Virus record (IMG/VR): IMGVR_UViG_3300044695_006747
Coordinates: 1-64,000 of that record
Direction: 5' to 3' (one strand)
Source: a virus
DNA length: 64,000 nucleotides
Below, one piece after another: positions 21,765 to 32,004 of this stretch. Made by a program: the position numbers and the translations under genes. The notes under the pieces were generated by a model. The model saw only the letters and a program-made list of their open reading frames with translations, did not search any database and had not been told where the DNA came from. Each line of letters starts with the position of its first letter. Position 1 is the first letter of the stretch.

Positions 21765-24700
21765 ATGCCAGTTAATACTACTATAAAAATTCGTAAAGGG
21801 ACAGAAAGCGAATGGCAAAGTTCTAATCCAGTTTTATCTAGTGGTGAACCAGGATATGTTACCGATAGTAATAGATTTAAAATTGGAGATGGATCCTCTA
21901 ATTGGAATTCGTTAAGTTATGCAAGCGTTGTTCCGAGCGGATTTTTAGCTGGTAGCGGTATATCTTTAAGTTTAGGAAATAATGGATCATCATTAACGAT
22001 CTCTTCCACTGGCGTAATTACTGTTTCTAATTATGGAGACAATAGATTATTGACCAGCGATGGAACAAGTACTGGAATTAATGCTGAGAATAATTTATCG
22101 TTTGATGGAAGTTTATTAAGTGTTAGTGGTAATTTTATAGCTCGCACAGGAATAGTTGATTTATTGTCTTTCAATACCAATAATGGGGCTGTATCTGTTC
22201 AGGGAGAAATTGGATGGAACAGTACAGAAGGAACAGTTGACATAGCACTAGAAGACAACGTCGCTGTTCAAATTAATGAACATCGAATACTAAGAGTTAG
22301 AAATACAACTAGTGGCACACTATATAAAGGACAGGTTGTTTATGCTAGTGGTGTCCATGCCAATGGTATAATTACTCCTAATTTGTATGTTGCTGATGGT
22401 TCTATACAAGAGATACGTTTTATAGGTATGATGCTAGCTGATGTTAGCGTTAATAACAATGGATATGCTATTGATTTTGGTCATGTAAATAATATCGATA
22501 CTCGTGGTAATGTGGTCACCAACTATTCTGTTGGTGATGAGACATGGGCTGACGGAGATATTCTTTATGTTCATCCAACAGTAGCTGGAAAACTGACTAA
22601 AGTTGAACCAAAACATGCTATTAGTGTTGCTTACGTATTGGATGCTGCTAGTAATGGTAAAATATTTGCTCGACCAACTAATTTTGGAGATTTAAATCAA
22701 TTACACGATGTGAATATTAGCGGGGCTACAAACGGACAATTTTTACAATACAATTCAGTTACAGATTATTGGGTTCCTAGCTCTAGTGGGAATTTTAGTT
22801 CTTTAACAATTAATAACAATCAAATAGTTGTTGGAACAGGAGTTGCTAATCACGTAGCATATTGGAATAGTACTAGTGGAATAGTGGCTGATAGCGGCCA
22901 GTTATACTGGGACTCTACTAATAATAGATTAGGAATAGGTACGTCTTCTCCATCTGATTTCATAAATATAAGCGGATCCACTGGCTCTGCGGCAGGTATC
23001 AAATTCGATAATTTAGATGGATATGGAGGATCAATACAAGGAGATAATGCTAGTCTATATTTTTATTCTAATAATAGTACACTTGTGTATTCTATTAAAA
23101 ATAATAAAATTAGAATGAACGATGGTGGTGCTACATCTACAGCAATAGAATTGACTAGTAATGGGAGTATTTCACAAGATGGTAATGGTGGAGGACTAAC
23201 ATTTTCTGGAACAACAGCTAAACTAAGCAATGGACTACATGTTACTGCTGGTAATGTTGGTATAGGTACTGTAACTCCTTCTTCCATACTTGATATATCA
23301 CAAAATGATGCTATCCTAAAAATTGGTGATGCTTCTAGTAATGCTGGCACAGGTCCAAGAATACAAATAACTAGTAAATATGGAGCCACAGATACTTCAG
23401 CTTATTTAGGATATAGTTATTATAATAACAAAACATATTTACAGCATGGAAGAGCCGGTGTTGGCGGGGTTGAATTGCGAACAGCCAATGGTACTCCTCG
23501 TTTATATATTGAGGATACTACTGGATATGTAGGAATAGGAACATCGTCACCAACCTCTATATTAACTGTTTCTGGTATTATTCAACTAACTGATACGGCA
23601 GGAAACAGGGTTCAGTTTTTTAGGGGTGGTGGTACACAATATGATTATAGTATAGCAAAAGAGGGAAATCATTTAGCGATTTCAACAGCAAATGATGGAT
23701 CAACATTTAGATACACCCAATTTGGATATCATTCTGGCAGTACATGGACTCCAAAAACTGTTATCAATAATTATAATGGTAGTGTTGGCATAGGAACAAC
23801 AAGCCCAAGTGCTCAATTTCATACAATAGGTACAGGTATATTTACGAGCGGCTTAGGAATAGGAACCACAAGCCCAGCGACAATACTACACGCGTACAAT
23901 CCTGTTTCGTCTTCTAGTCTAAGCGAGGTTGCTAGGTTTGGATCATCAGGGGTTTATGATGGTAATTTTAGAATTATGGTTGGCTCAACATCTGATAGAG
24001 GAGGAGAATTAAGATACTACGAAGGAAGCACAGAATACTCCAGAGTTAACTTTGATGTTAATAGAATAGATTTTATTACTAGAGGAGCGTATCCTATTAA
24101 TTTCCTAACTAATAATAATGGAAATGAAGGACATAATTTACGCATGACTATAACCAGTGCTGGTAATGTTGGTATAAATACAGCATCTCCAACTAGTCAT
24201 TTACACGTTAATGGTAGTGGATATTTTGCTAGTGGACTTAAAGCTAGTGGAGTATTTAATATTGATAATATAAGTTTGGACGGTAATGAGATTACATCAA
24301 ATACCAATATGGTGCTTAGGGCGCAAACATCAACTGCTGAAATAGGCCTATTTTCTCAAAGAGTATATTTTGGTGGACAAAGTATTGGGGCAGTAATTAT
24401 GTCAGAAAATTTAATTGGCGGAGAAGTGGGACTTATAACCGAAAATGATGATTCTATAGCTGTTTGGAGACCAAATGAAAATGCTTTTTGTTACGGTGGT
24501 GGGGTTACTGGTAATGAGCCTATAATTGTTAGCGATAATAAAGTTGGCATAGGATATACAACATCTTCGCTACCTTTTGTATACAATTTTCAAGTTGCTG
24601 GTACTGGCAATTTTACTCAAAATCTTTTAGTGAATGGAACTGGCGTTAGCATAAGCGGACATACCCATATTGTTAGTGATATTACAGATTTTTCAACGGG

Positions 24701-25583
24701 AGTAGCAGATGAAGTAAGCACAACGCTATCTGCTGGAACCGGAATATTATTAGACTATAATAGTGGAACTGATACATTAACAGTTAGTATTAGTGGATTA
24801 ATTAATAATCCAACAGATAACCGTATTTTGACTAGTAGAGACAATACAACCACGGGAATCGATGCAGAACCAAATCTAACATTTGATGGAACTAACTTAA
24901 CTTCACCTTATTTGGTATCTAGTAATGCTTCTGGTGACGAAGGAGGAGAAATACAATTAGCCAAACCGCCAAATGGAACTTTGTCTGGCGGAGTAACTAT
25001 TGATGCTTATCAAAATAAACTTAGATTTTTTGAACAAGGTGGTAGCGCTCGCGGGTTCTATTTAGATCTAACCGAAGGTGTGGGAGGAGCATCAACTCCG
25101 TTAAAGACAAAAAGCTTATCACTATTCACAGCCCTAGATAATCAACCTCCAGCATCGGCATTCGCAACACTAGATACTAGAAATAGTATTGCTGTTTTAG
25201 ATTTCGATGACACGACAGAAGAAAGTTGTGTTTTTATTGGGGTTATTCCAGACAACGCTAATCTGTCATCAGGTCTTTCAGTACGAATTAATTGGATGGC
25301 AACAAGCGCAACAACAGGAAGTTGTCGATGGGGTGTTCGGTTCGAAAAAATGACAACAGACTTAGACTCTGACTCATTTGATACGGCTACTGAAGCACAT
25401 TCAACTACCAATGGAACTGCCGGAATCCCAACAATCACCACATTGACTTGCACATCAATAGATAGTATAGTTGCTGGTGATTTCTTTAGAATTAAGATCT
25501 ATAGAGATGTTAGTGATACTACTAACGATACTATGACAGGAGATGCTGAACTAATATCTGTAGAAGTTAGGAGTGTACTATAA
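21765..25583 (+). CDS. Long tail fibre / receptor-binding protein
   Basis: Same N-terminal domain as 20295; repeated G-x-VGIGT-x-SP units; beta-rich C-terminal domain. Confidence 0.8.
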   Translation: MPVNTTIKIRKGTESEWQSSNPVLSSGEPGYVTDSNRFKIGDGSSNWNSLSYASVVPSGFLAGSGISLSLGNNGSSLTISSTGVITVSNYGDNRLLTSDGTSTGINAENNLSFDGSLLSVSGNFIARTGIVDLLSFNTNNGAVSVQGEIGWNSTEGTVDIALEDNVAVQINEHRILRVRNTTSGTLYKGQVVYASGVHANGIITPNLYVADGSIQEIRFIGMMLADVSVNNNGYAIDFGHVNNIDTRGNVVTNYSVGDETWADGDILYVHPTVAGKLTKVEPKHAISVAYVLDAASNGKIFARPTNFGDLNQLHDVNISGATNGQFLQYNSVTDYWVPSSSGNFSSLTINNNQIVVGTGVANHVAYWNSTSGIVADSGQLYWDSTNNRLGIGTSSPSDFINISGSTGSAAGIKFDNLDGYGGSIQGDNASLYFYSNNSTLVYSIKNNKIRMNDGGATSTAIELTSNGSISQDGNGGGLTFSGTTAKLSNGLHVTAGNVGIGTVTPSSILDISQNDAILKIGDASSNAGTGPRIQITSKYGATDTSAYLGYSYYNNKTYLQHGRAGVGGVELRTANGTPRLYIEDTTGYVGIGTSSPTSILTVSGIIQLTDTAGNRVQFFRGGGTQYDYSIAKEGNHLAISTANDGSTFRYTQFGYHSGSTWTPKTVINNYNGSVGIGTTSPSAQFHTIGTGIFTSGLGIGTTSPATILHAYNPVSSSSLSEVARFGSSGVYDGNFRIMVGSTSDRGGELRYYEGSTEYSRVNFDVNRIDFITRGAYPINFLTNNNGNEGHNLRMTITSAGNVGINTASPTSHLHVNGSGYFASGLKASGVFNIDNISLDGNEITSNTNMVLRAQTSTAEIGLFSQRVYFGGQSIGAVIMSENLIGGEVGLITENDDSIAVWRPNENAFCYGGGVTGNEPIIVSDNKVGIGYTTSSLPFVYNFQVAGTGNFTQNLLVNGTGVSISGHTHIVSDITDFSTGVADEVSTTLSAGTGILLDYNSGTDTLTVSISGLINNPTDNRILTSRDNTTTGIDAEPNLTFDGTNLTSPYLVSSNASGDEGGEIQLAKPPNGTLSGGVTIDAYQNKLRFFEQGGSARGFYLDLTEGVGGASTPLKTKSLSLFTALDNQPPASAFATLDTRNSIAVLDFDDTTEESCVFIGVIPDNANLSSGLSVRINWMATSATTGSCRWGVRFEKMTTDLDSDSFDTATEAHSTTNGTAGIPTITTLTCTSIDSIVAGDFFRIKIYRDVSDTTNDTMTGDAELISVEVRSVL

Positions 25584-26227
25584 TGGCATACTCTTTTAAT
25601 GGCTCAAATCAATATTTTAGCACTGTAACTGGTAGTCTATTCTCTGATTTGCCAATAACGATGGCTTGTTGGTTTATAACGTCTAACACTACTACTAATC
25701 AAGGATTATTGAATATTTGCGATAATACTACTGGAGGGCAAGGCATACGCTTAAATGCACAAGGAGCAGTAGCCGGTGACCCTATTCGTATTCTGTCGGT
25801 CGGAACCGCTACTGGAGCTGCTGATACCACAACTGGTTTTACGGCAAACACATGGACCCATGCTTGTGGTGTCTTTGCTAGTACGACCAGTCGTACTGTT
25901 TATATTAATGGGGGTAGTTCTGGTACTAATGCTACTAATTCTAGTGGTACCGGAGAAGATAGATTATTTCAAGGAGTGACTCGCGCAGCATCAGCATTTA
26001 CTAACTATTTTAGTGGATCATTAGCAGAAGTCGGAGTATGGAATGCTGCCTTAACAGCCGATGAGGTTTTATCTTTATCACGAGGAATCAGTCCATCATT
26101 AATAAGACCACAGAGTTTGACTATTTATGCTCCTTTAGTTAGAGATCTTATAGACAGAAGAAGTGGACTAACAATTACTAATAATAACACAGCAATAGTT
26201 TCTGATCATACAAGGATTTATTTATGA
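25583..26227 (+). CDS. LamG/concanavalin A-like virion protein
   Basis: TMACWF, WTHACGVF, VYINGG, FSGSLAEVGVWNAALTADEV. Confidence 0.8.
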   Translation: MAYSFNGSNQYFSTVTGSLFSDLPITMACWFITSNTTTNQGLLNICDNTTGGQGIRLNAQGAVAGDPIRILSVGTATGAADTTTGFTANTWTHACGVFASTTSRTVYINGGSSGTNATNSSGTGEDRLFQGVTRAASAFTNYFSGSLAEVGVWNAALTADEVLSLSRGISPSLIRPQSLTIYAPLVRDLIDRRSGLTITNNNTAIVSDHTRIYL

Positions 26228-26643
26228 CATTATATTATCATAAAAATAACTACGAAATAAAAAATTTAGATGATTCTTTGATTCAAGGATGGTTAGAGGC
26301 TGATAATCCCAAGAAGGATCAATGGATATTATTGCCTCCTCAACCAAGCGAGAACCACTATTGGAGTAGTGGTGAGTGGATCCTACAAGCCATACCAATA
26401 CCAGAAAGTGTGAGTGCTAGACAAATAAGATTATGGCTAATAAATAATGGATTTCAATTAATTCAAGTAGAAAATGCTATTAATAACATACAAGATCCAA
26501 TAACACGAGAAACTGTAAAAGTAGAGTGGGAGTATGCTCCGTATATTGAAAGAAATCATCCAATGCTCATACCTTTAGCACGGGCTCTTGGATTAACGGA
26601 AAATCAAGTAGATCAAGCTTTTATACAAGCTCAACATATATGA
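26224..26643 (+). CDS. Tail fibre assembly-like protein
   Basis: SARQIRLWL...VEWEYA...LGLTENQVDQAFIQA pattern; follows fibre genes. Confidence 0.6.
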   Translation: MTLYYHKNNYEIKNLDDSLIQGWLEADNPKKDQWILLPPQPSENHYWSSGEWILQAIPIPESVSARQIRLWLINNGFQLIQVENAINNIQDPITRETVKVEWEYAPYIERNHPMLIPLARALGLTENQVDQAFIQAQHI

Positions 26644-28043
26644 TATTTAAAATAAGAAATACTCATCTTAGATCAGATGGAACTAATTTTTTTGTTAGAT
26701 ATATTCCTCAAGTTAGTAGTAGCAGTAGTAGCTCTTCTATAGGATCTAGCAGTAGTTCTTCAGCGGGATCTAGTAGTAGTTCTGGTCAGATAACTACTAT
26801 ATTGGCTTGTGGTTTTGGAAGTTTTCCTGATGGACAATTTTCTATTGCTGGAACATATAATGGATATGATTATTACACCTTGATCGATGGTGCCACAACA
26901 TGGTATTTGTACTATGATTTAAGTAATACTAGATATGCCATATCTAATATGCTTAATGGATCAACATACTACTGGAATACCACTAATTATATATATAATG
27001 ACTGGACAGTTTCCTATGGGTCGGTACCAGGAGGAGACACATACGACTATGATTTAACCTCTCAGTGTCCTCAGTCCTCAAGTAGCAGTAGCAGTCAGGG
27101 AAGTAGCACTTCCGGGCCCAATAATATTCTTGCTTGCGGTTTTGGTAGCTTTAATGATGGTCAATTTGCCAGCGCAGGATATTACAATGATTACGAGTAT
27201 TATACATTAGTAGATGGAGCTACAACGTGGTATTTATACTATGATAATACTCAATATGTAATTTCTGTTTCTCTAGGTGGAACAATATATTATTATGCAT
27301 CTAGTTATGTTTATAACGATTGGATTCCATCATCAGGAGTATCTCCCGGAGGAGATACTTATGATTACAGTGTTACCTCCCAATGTCCGCAAACTAGTAG
27401 CAGCGGAAGCGGTAACACAGAAGGGCCAACCAGTATACTAGCGTGTAATTTTGGTGCTTTCGGCGATGTTCAGTTTTTAAGCGCAGGATATTATAATAAT
27501 TATGAGTATTATTCATATTATGATGGTGCCACAACATGGTATTTATGGTATGATCTCATTAACAATGCCTCCTATATAGACCCCACTTTGGGTAATACTT
27601 CTACTAATTCTTATAACTTATCTGGTTCGGTATATATTGGGGGATTATGGAATGCATATTATGGTAGTCCAAACGGAGGAACCACATACGACTACAGTAT
27701 AACATCAGTCTGTCCTCAATCCAGTAGTAGTAGTGGCAGTAGCGTGTCTGGTCCAAGTAGCATATTAGCTTGTGGTTTTGGAAGCATAAGTGACGGTCAG
27801 TTCACAGTTGCTGGATACTATAATAATCACGAATATTACTCATATTATGACATGAATAACGCAACAACTTGGTATTTATACTACGATAGCGGCAATTCTA
27901 ATTATGCTATATCAACAGCTCTAGGTAGTACAGCATATTATACCGGAATAGGTTATCTGACAAGTGGTTGGACCGTTGGAATAGGAAACAGTCCGGGAGG
28001 AGATACTTATGATTATACAACAACTTCAAATTGTCTACCATGA
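26640..28043 (+). CDS. Four-repeat Tyr/Gly-rich virion protein with poly-Ser linkers
   Basis: 4 x about 95 aa ILACxFG...TTWYLYYD...GGxTYDY...CP units separated by Ser runs. Confidence 0.75.
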   Translation: MIFKIRNTHLRSDGTNFFVRYIPQVSSSSSSSSIGSSSSSSAGSSSSSGQITTILACGFGSFPDGQFSIAGTYNGYDYYTLIDGATTWYLYYDLSNTRYAISNMLNGSTYYWNTTNYIYNDWTVSYGSVPGGDTYDYDLTSQCPQSSSSSSSQGSSTSGPNNILACGFGSFNDGQFASAGYYNDYEYYTLVDGATTWYLYYDNTQYVISVSLGGTIYYYASSYVYNDWIPSSGVSPGGDTYDYSVTSQCPQTSSSGSGNTEGPTSILACNFGAFGDVQFLSAGYYNNYEYYSYYDGATTWYLWYDLINNASYIDPTLGNTSTNSYNLSGSVYIGGLWNAYYGSPNGGTTYDYSITSVCPQSSSSSGSSVSGPSSILACGFGSISDGQFTVAGYYNNHEYYSYYDMNNATTWYLYYDSGNSNYAISTALGSTAYYTGIGYLTSGWTVGIGNSPGGDTYDYTTTSNCLP

Positions 28044-28055
28044 TAGAGTATTTTT

Positions 28056-29378
28056 ATGAAAAGCTATGTAATTAGTTTAAATAGAAGACAAGATAGATTA
28101 AATCAATTTTATAACGACCTACCTAAAGATTGGCCATACGCTAAACCAATAGTATACAATGCTATAGCTGGAAAACAGTGTAACCCTCCTTCTTGGTGGA
28201 ATCAAGGTGGAGGAGCATGGGGATGTTATAAAAGTCATATGAATATTATAGAACAAGAATTAAATAATGATCCTAAGGAAGAAAATATTCTAATTTTCGA
28301 AGATGATGCAATCTTTTGTGAAAATTTTGTTTTCAAAATGCAAAGTTTTTTAAGTATGGTTCCCAAAGATGCTGATCAAATATATTTAGGAGGACAGCAT
28401 TTGAAACCACCAACAGATCAAGGATCAATATATTTAGCGAATAATATAAATAGAACGCATGGTTATATAGTTACAAAAAGGGGTTTATTAACACTATATA
28501 GATGGCTCAATGAAACTAAAGACTGGCCGAATAAATGCCATATAGACCATCATTATGGTCGTGCTCATAGGGATAAAAAAATTATTGCTTATACACCGAA
28601 AGAATGGCTAATAGGACAAAGAGCTGATAATCAGTCCGATGTTAGTTGGAAACCTGTAATAGAAAGATGGTGGCAGAGACCACTAGATAATAGTAATACT
28701 ACAAATAATCAACAGCCAATAATTAAAAATCAAGATATTTTTGTAGCAGTAATTGGTTTGCATAGAAGCGGATCTTCGTGTACGGCTATGATATTACATA
28801 AACTTGGAATTAATATGGGAGATAAACTCGGAGGATACGAAAGTAAAAACGGAGGCGGAGGAGAAGCACAAAGATTAGCTAGTATATGTGAACAAGCAGC
28901 TAGATTTCCATCAACTAATTTTACTTTAAATAAAGATATCATAAAACAAAAACTTAATGGATGGATTAATGAAAGAATGTTAAAAGCCAAAAGGCAGAAT
29001 ACAATTGCTGGAGGCAAGTATCCTCATTTATGTGCTATGGGAGATATATTACTAGATATTTTAGGAGATAGATTAAGAATTATACACTGTGATCGACCAT
29101 TAGAAGATTCAATAGATTCCTTGAAAAGAAGAAGTCAAAAATGCACAGGATGGTTAAATATTTCTGACGAACAAGCAGAAAATGTGCAAAAATGGTTATG
29201 GGAATCTAAAAATACATTTTTACAACAATTAAATCCTAAATTTATATATAATCTAAATCATTATGAATTAATGAATAATCCAGAACAACAAGTAGATAAT
29301 ATTATTAATTTTTTAAATATCGGCGTTACACAAGACCAAAGAAACAATGCAATAAAACATGTCAAAATTTCAGAATAA
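28056..29378 (+). CDS. GT25-like glycosyltransferase fused to a sulfotransferase domain
   Basis: VISLNRRQDR, GCYKSH and FEDDA; C-terminal GLHRSGSS (PAPS-binding loop), KYP and RPLEDSIDS. Confidence 0.8.
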   Translation: MKSYVISLNRRQDRLNQFYNDLPKDWPYAKPIVYNAIAGKQCNPPSWWNQGGGAWGCYKSHMNIIEQELNNDPKEENILIFEDDAIFCENFVFKMQSFLSMVPKDADQIYLGGQHLKPPTDQGSIYLANNINRTHGYIVTKRGLLTLYRWLNETKDWPNKCHIDHHYGRAHRDKKIIAYTPKEWLIGQRADNQSDVSWKPVIERWWQRPLDNSNTTNNQQPIIKNQDIFVAVIGLHRSGSSCTAMILHKLGINMGDKLGGYESKNGGGGEAQRLASICEQAARFPSTNFTLNKDIIKQKLNGWINERMLKAKRQNTIAGGKYPHLCAMGDILLDILGDRLRIIHCDRPLEDSIDSLKRRSQKCTGWLNISDEQAENVQKWLWESKNTFLQQLNPKFIYNLNHYELMNNPEQQVDNIINFLNIGVTQDQRNNAIKHVKISE

Positions 29379-30603
29379 TGCTATAATTATACTAAATATA
29401 GGTAATAAATCTATACACCCTAAAAGCAAACAATCAATTCAAGATGCTTGCAATAGATGGAATTGTGATTTCATAGAAGTAACTAATCCAATAAATAATT
29501 TGCATGTGTATTGGCAAAAATGCTATGTTTGTGAAAATTATCAACAGTATAACAGAATACTTCAATTAGATGGAGATATGCTGATTAGATGGAATGCTCC
29601 TAATCCATTTGATATTGTTCCCGAAGATAAATTCGGTATTGTTCTAGATAATCAGTTACCAGATAGCGAAAGAGCTAGACAAATAAAATTTTGGAGATCC
29701 AAAAATGCTAAAATTTGGGCAGATATAGAGAACACAGACCCTGTTCCGGATCAGGAGCATCTCAATGCTGGATTTTTATTATACAACACTAAACAACATC
29801 AGTACATATTTGATGAAGCTAAAAATATTGGACTTAAAGGAGATTGGTATAGTAAAGGCTTTCCAGAACAAACAGTATTGTCTATGTTATTAAAAAAATA
29901 CTATCAGGATAGATATATATTATCCTGTGATTGGAATTGTGTTTCTCAAAAAAGACCAGTTTTCCCCAAACACACAACAAGAGAATTATGTTGTTGGATC
30001 GGTCACTTTACTGGACCAAATCAAAAAAATCATAGAATTAATGGTAAATCATGGCAACCAACAGCAGCAGATTCAATTATTGAAAGATTACCGCAAGATA
30101 GAATAAATTATTTTGCTGAAATTGGCGTGAACTGTGGACATAATGCTAATTGTGTAATGCATTTTAATCCTAACACTTATGGAACTTTTATTGATAATTG
30201 GGGAGCTAAAATAGATGACAGCTATGTTTTAAGCAAGGATAAACTAGCACTATGGAATAGTCAAAAATGGATCAATGCAAAAAATCAAGCAATAACTCTA
30301 TTAGATAATTATCGATATAGAATAAATATAATTCACTCAGATCTATACGATGCTGCTAAAAATAATACTCAAAAATTTGATCTTGTGTATCTTGATGCTG
30401 ATCATTCGTATGAAGGAACAAAAAAAGCAATATCTTCTTGGATACCTCATGTTAACAAAGGAGGGTATATAGGTGGGCATGACTATGATCATCCAATGGA
30501 TCTGGCTGGTCACTGGGGAGTAAAAAAAGCTGTTAGAGAATTATTCGACAGTTCAGTTATAGAGCTTGGTCACGAATTTACTTGGTTCGTAAAAATTAAT
30601 TAA
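29359..30603 (+). CDS. GT-A (GT8-like) glycosyltransferase fused to a class I SAM methyltransferase
   Basis: LDGDML, NAGFLLY, EQTVL; AEIGVNCG, DLVYLDADHSYEG, GGYIGGHDY. Confidence 0.8.
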   Translation: MSKFQNNAIIILNIGNKSIHPKSKQSIQDACNRWNCDFIEVTNPINNLHVYWQKCYVCENYQQYNRILQLDGDMLIRWNAPNPFDIVPEDKFGIVLDNQLPDSERARQIKFWRSKNAKIWADIENTDPVPDQEHLNAGFLLYNTKQHQYIFDEAKNIGLKGDWYSKGFPEQTVLSMLLKKYYQDRYILSCDWNCVSQKRPVFPKHTTRELCCWIGHFTGPNQKNHRINGKSWQPTAADSIIERLPQDRINYFAEIGVNCGHNANCVMHFNPNTYGTFIDNWGAKIDDSYVLSKDKLALWNSQKWINAKNQAITLLDNYRYRINIIHSDLYDAAKNNTQKFDLVYLDADHSYEGTKKAISSWIPHVNKGGYIGGHDYDHPMDLAGHWGVKKAVRELFDSSVIELGHEFTWFVKIN

Positions 30604-30919
30604 TAATTTCCGAAGCAGTTCCATTCTCTATGGCTTTTGATCCCACGTATTGAATTATACCACCAATAATGTTAGCTAAAGTTTCATTAGTCTGTGCTTC
30701 GACAAGCATATTATCCATGCTTAGATTTGTTTTTTCACCATTGAAAACCATAGTACCATCGCTTTTTGTTCCAAATTTGGCCAATACCACAAAACCTTTT
30801 ATATTTCCGTTCTGATCACCATTTACATGAAGATTCTCTATCCACCATTTATTAAATGTCACAATTTCTTCTGGCTCATTAGTAGAGGTTTGACTAGCTA
30901 CTATTACTGGTAGGCTCAT
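30596..30919 (-). CDS. Hypothetical protein on the opposite strand
   Basis: Fills the gap between plus-strand genes; AGGAG RBS. Confidence 0.65.
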   Translation of the reverse strand: MSLPVIVASQTSTNEPEEIVTFNKWWIENLHVNGDQNGNIKGFVVLAKFGTKSDGTMVFNGEKTNLSMDNMLVEAQTNETLANIIGGIIQYVGSKAIENGTASEIIN

Positions 30920-31022
30920 AATCTTTCTCCTGTGTTATATCGGTGTATCTATAATAAGATACACTGTGATTAATAATATTCTATCAAAAATTGGCCACTT
31001 ACTTTTTATAATAGGTAATAAT

Positions 31023-31541
31023 ATGGCATGGAAAGATGAATTAACCATTATGGTTAGAACTCTAGTTAATGATATTGGAGAAACATATACATACAGCGAC
31101 GAGAGAATACAACAGGTAATAGTTGTAGCAGCAAAATATGTTCAATTTGATGTTGTTTTGGACAATACCTACACAGTAAACGTGTCTGTTCCAGACATAT
31201 CTCCCGATCCAACAGACAATAATGATGATATTTTTATAGCATTAGTTAGCTTAAAGGCTGCCTGTATTGTTGATCAGAGTACCTTTAGGACCAAGTCTGC
31301 GATGGAGGGAGTAAGAGCATCTCTTGGTCCAGCCAGTCTAAGTGTTGCTGGACAAAGCGCCGCATGGAGAACAATGTTAGAGCTAGGACCTTGTGCAGCA
31401 TACGACGAATTAACATCTCATTGGGATGTTAAAGAAGCCACTGCTATTCGCGCTGTTCTTAGTCCGTTTGTTGGCAACAAGTTTGATCCTAGAAGTATCA
31501 ATACATATATTGATCCTAGAGCCAGAGATTTTTATAGATAA
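31023..31541 (+). CDS. Putative head-tail connector/adaptor
   Basis: VRTLVNDIGETYTYSDERIQQ resembles adaptor N-termini; in-frame start MAWKDE preferred over 30966. Confidence 0.55.
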   Translation: MAWKDELTIMVRTLVNDIGETYTYSDERIQQVIVVAAKYVQFDVVLDNTYTVNVSVPDISPDPTDNNDDIFIALVSLKAACIVDQSTFRTKSAMEGVRASLGPASLSVAGQSAAWRTMLELGPCAAYDELTSHWDVKEATAIRAVLSPFVGNKFDPRSINTYIDPRARDFYR

Positions 31542-31555
31542 TACGGAGATATAAC

Positions 31556-31996
31556 ATGGCAGTTCAGTACAATTTTGAAATTGAAAAAGGATCTGTTTTT
31601 TATATCTCTTTTGAATATAGAGATGAAAATAATAATATTATTAACTTGACAAACTATTGTGCTAGGATGAGCATTCAGTCTGTTACAGACGGAGATAATA
31701 CAAAATTAACATATATTACAGATAATATTAATTCTAATTATAGTTTTACAATTTCTCCTGATCAGGGACTTATCACTTTACAGCTAGCAGCATCAACAAC
31801 GGAGGGTTTTGATTTCGCTAATGCTATTTATGATCTTGATCTTAAACTTCCAAATTCTCAATTTGTTGGAGCTGGTGATAATATAACTAGAATTTTATAT
31901 GGAAATATTAGTATGGTTTCTAGAAACGTTCCGGAACCAGAACCTTTTGTTTGCAACAATCTATCAGATCCAGATAACTGTATTTCTTGTGAGTAA
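31556..31996 (+). CDS. Virion Ig-like adaptor (BppU N-terminal-like), paralog 2
   Basis: Aligns with 19639-20040; GGAG RBS. Confidence 0.6.
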   Translation: MAVQYNFEIEKGSVFYISFEYRDENNNIINLTNYCARMSIQSVTDGDNTKLTYITDNINSNYSFTISPDQGLITLQLAASTTEGFDFANAIYDLDLKLPNSQFVGAGDNITRILYGNISMVSRNVPEPEPFVCNNLSDPDNCISCE

Positions 31997-32004
31997 ATAT
32001 TATT

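Noticed and set aside
20295-25583. Diversity-generating retroelement implied by the Mtd-N-like domain
   Set aside because: No reverse transcriptase and no template/variable repeat pair seen
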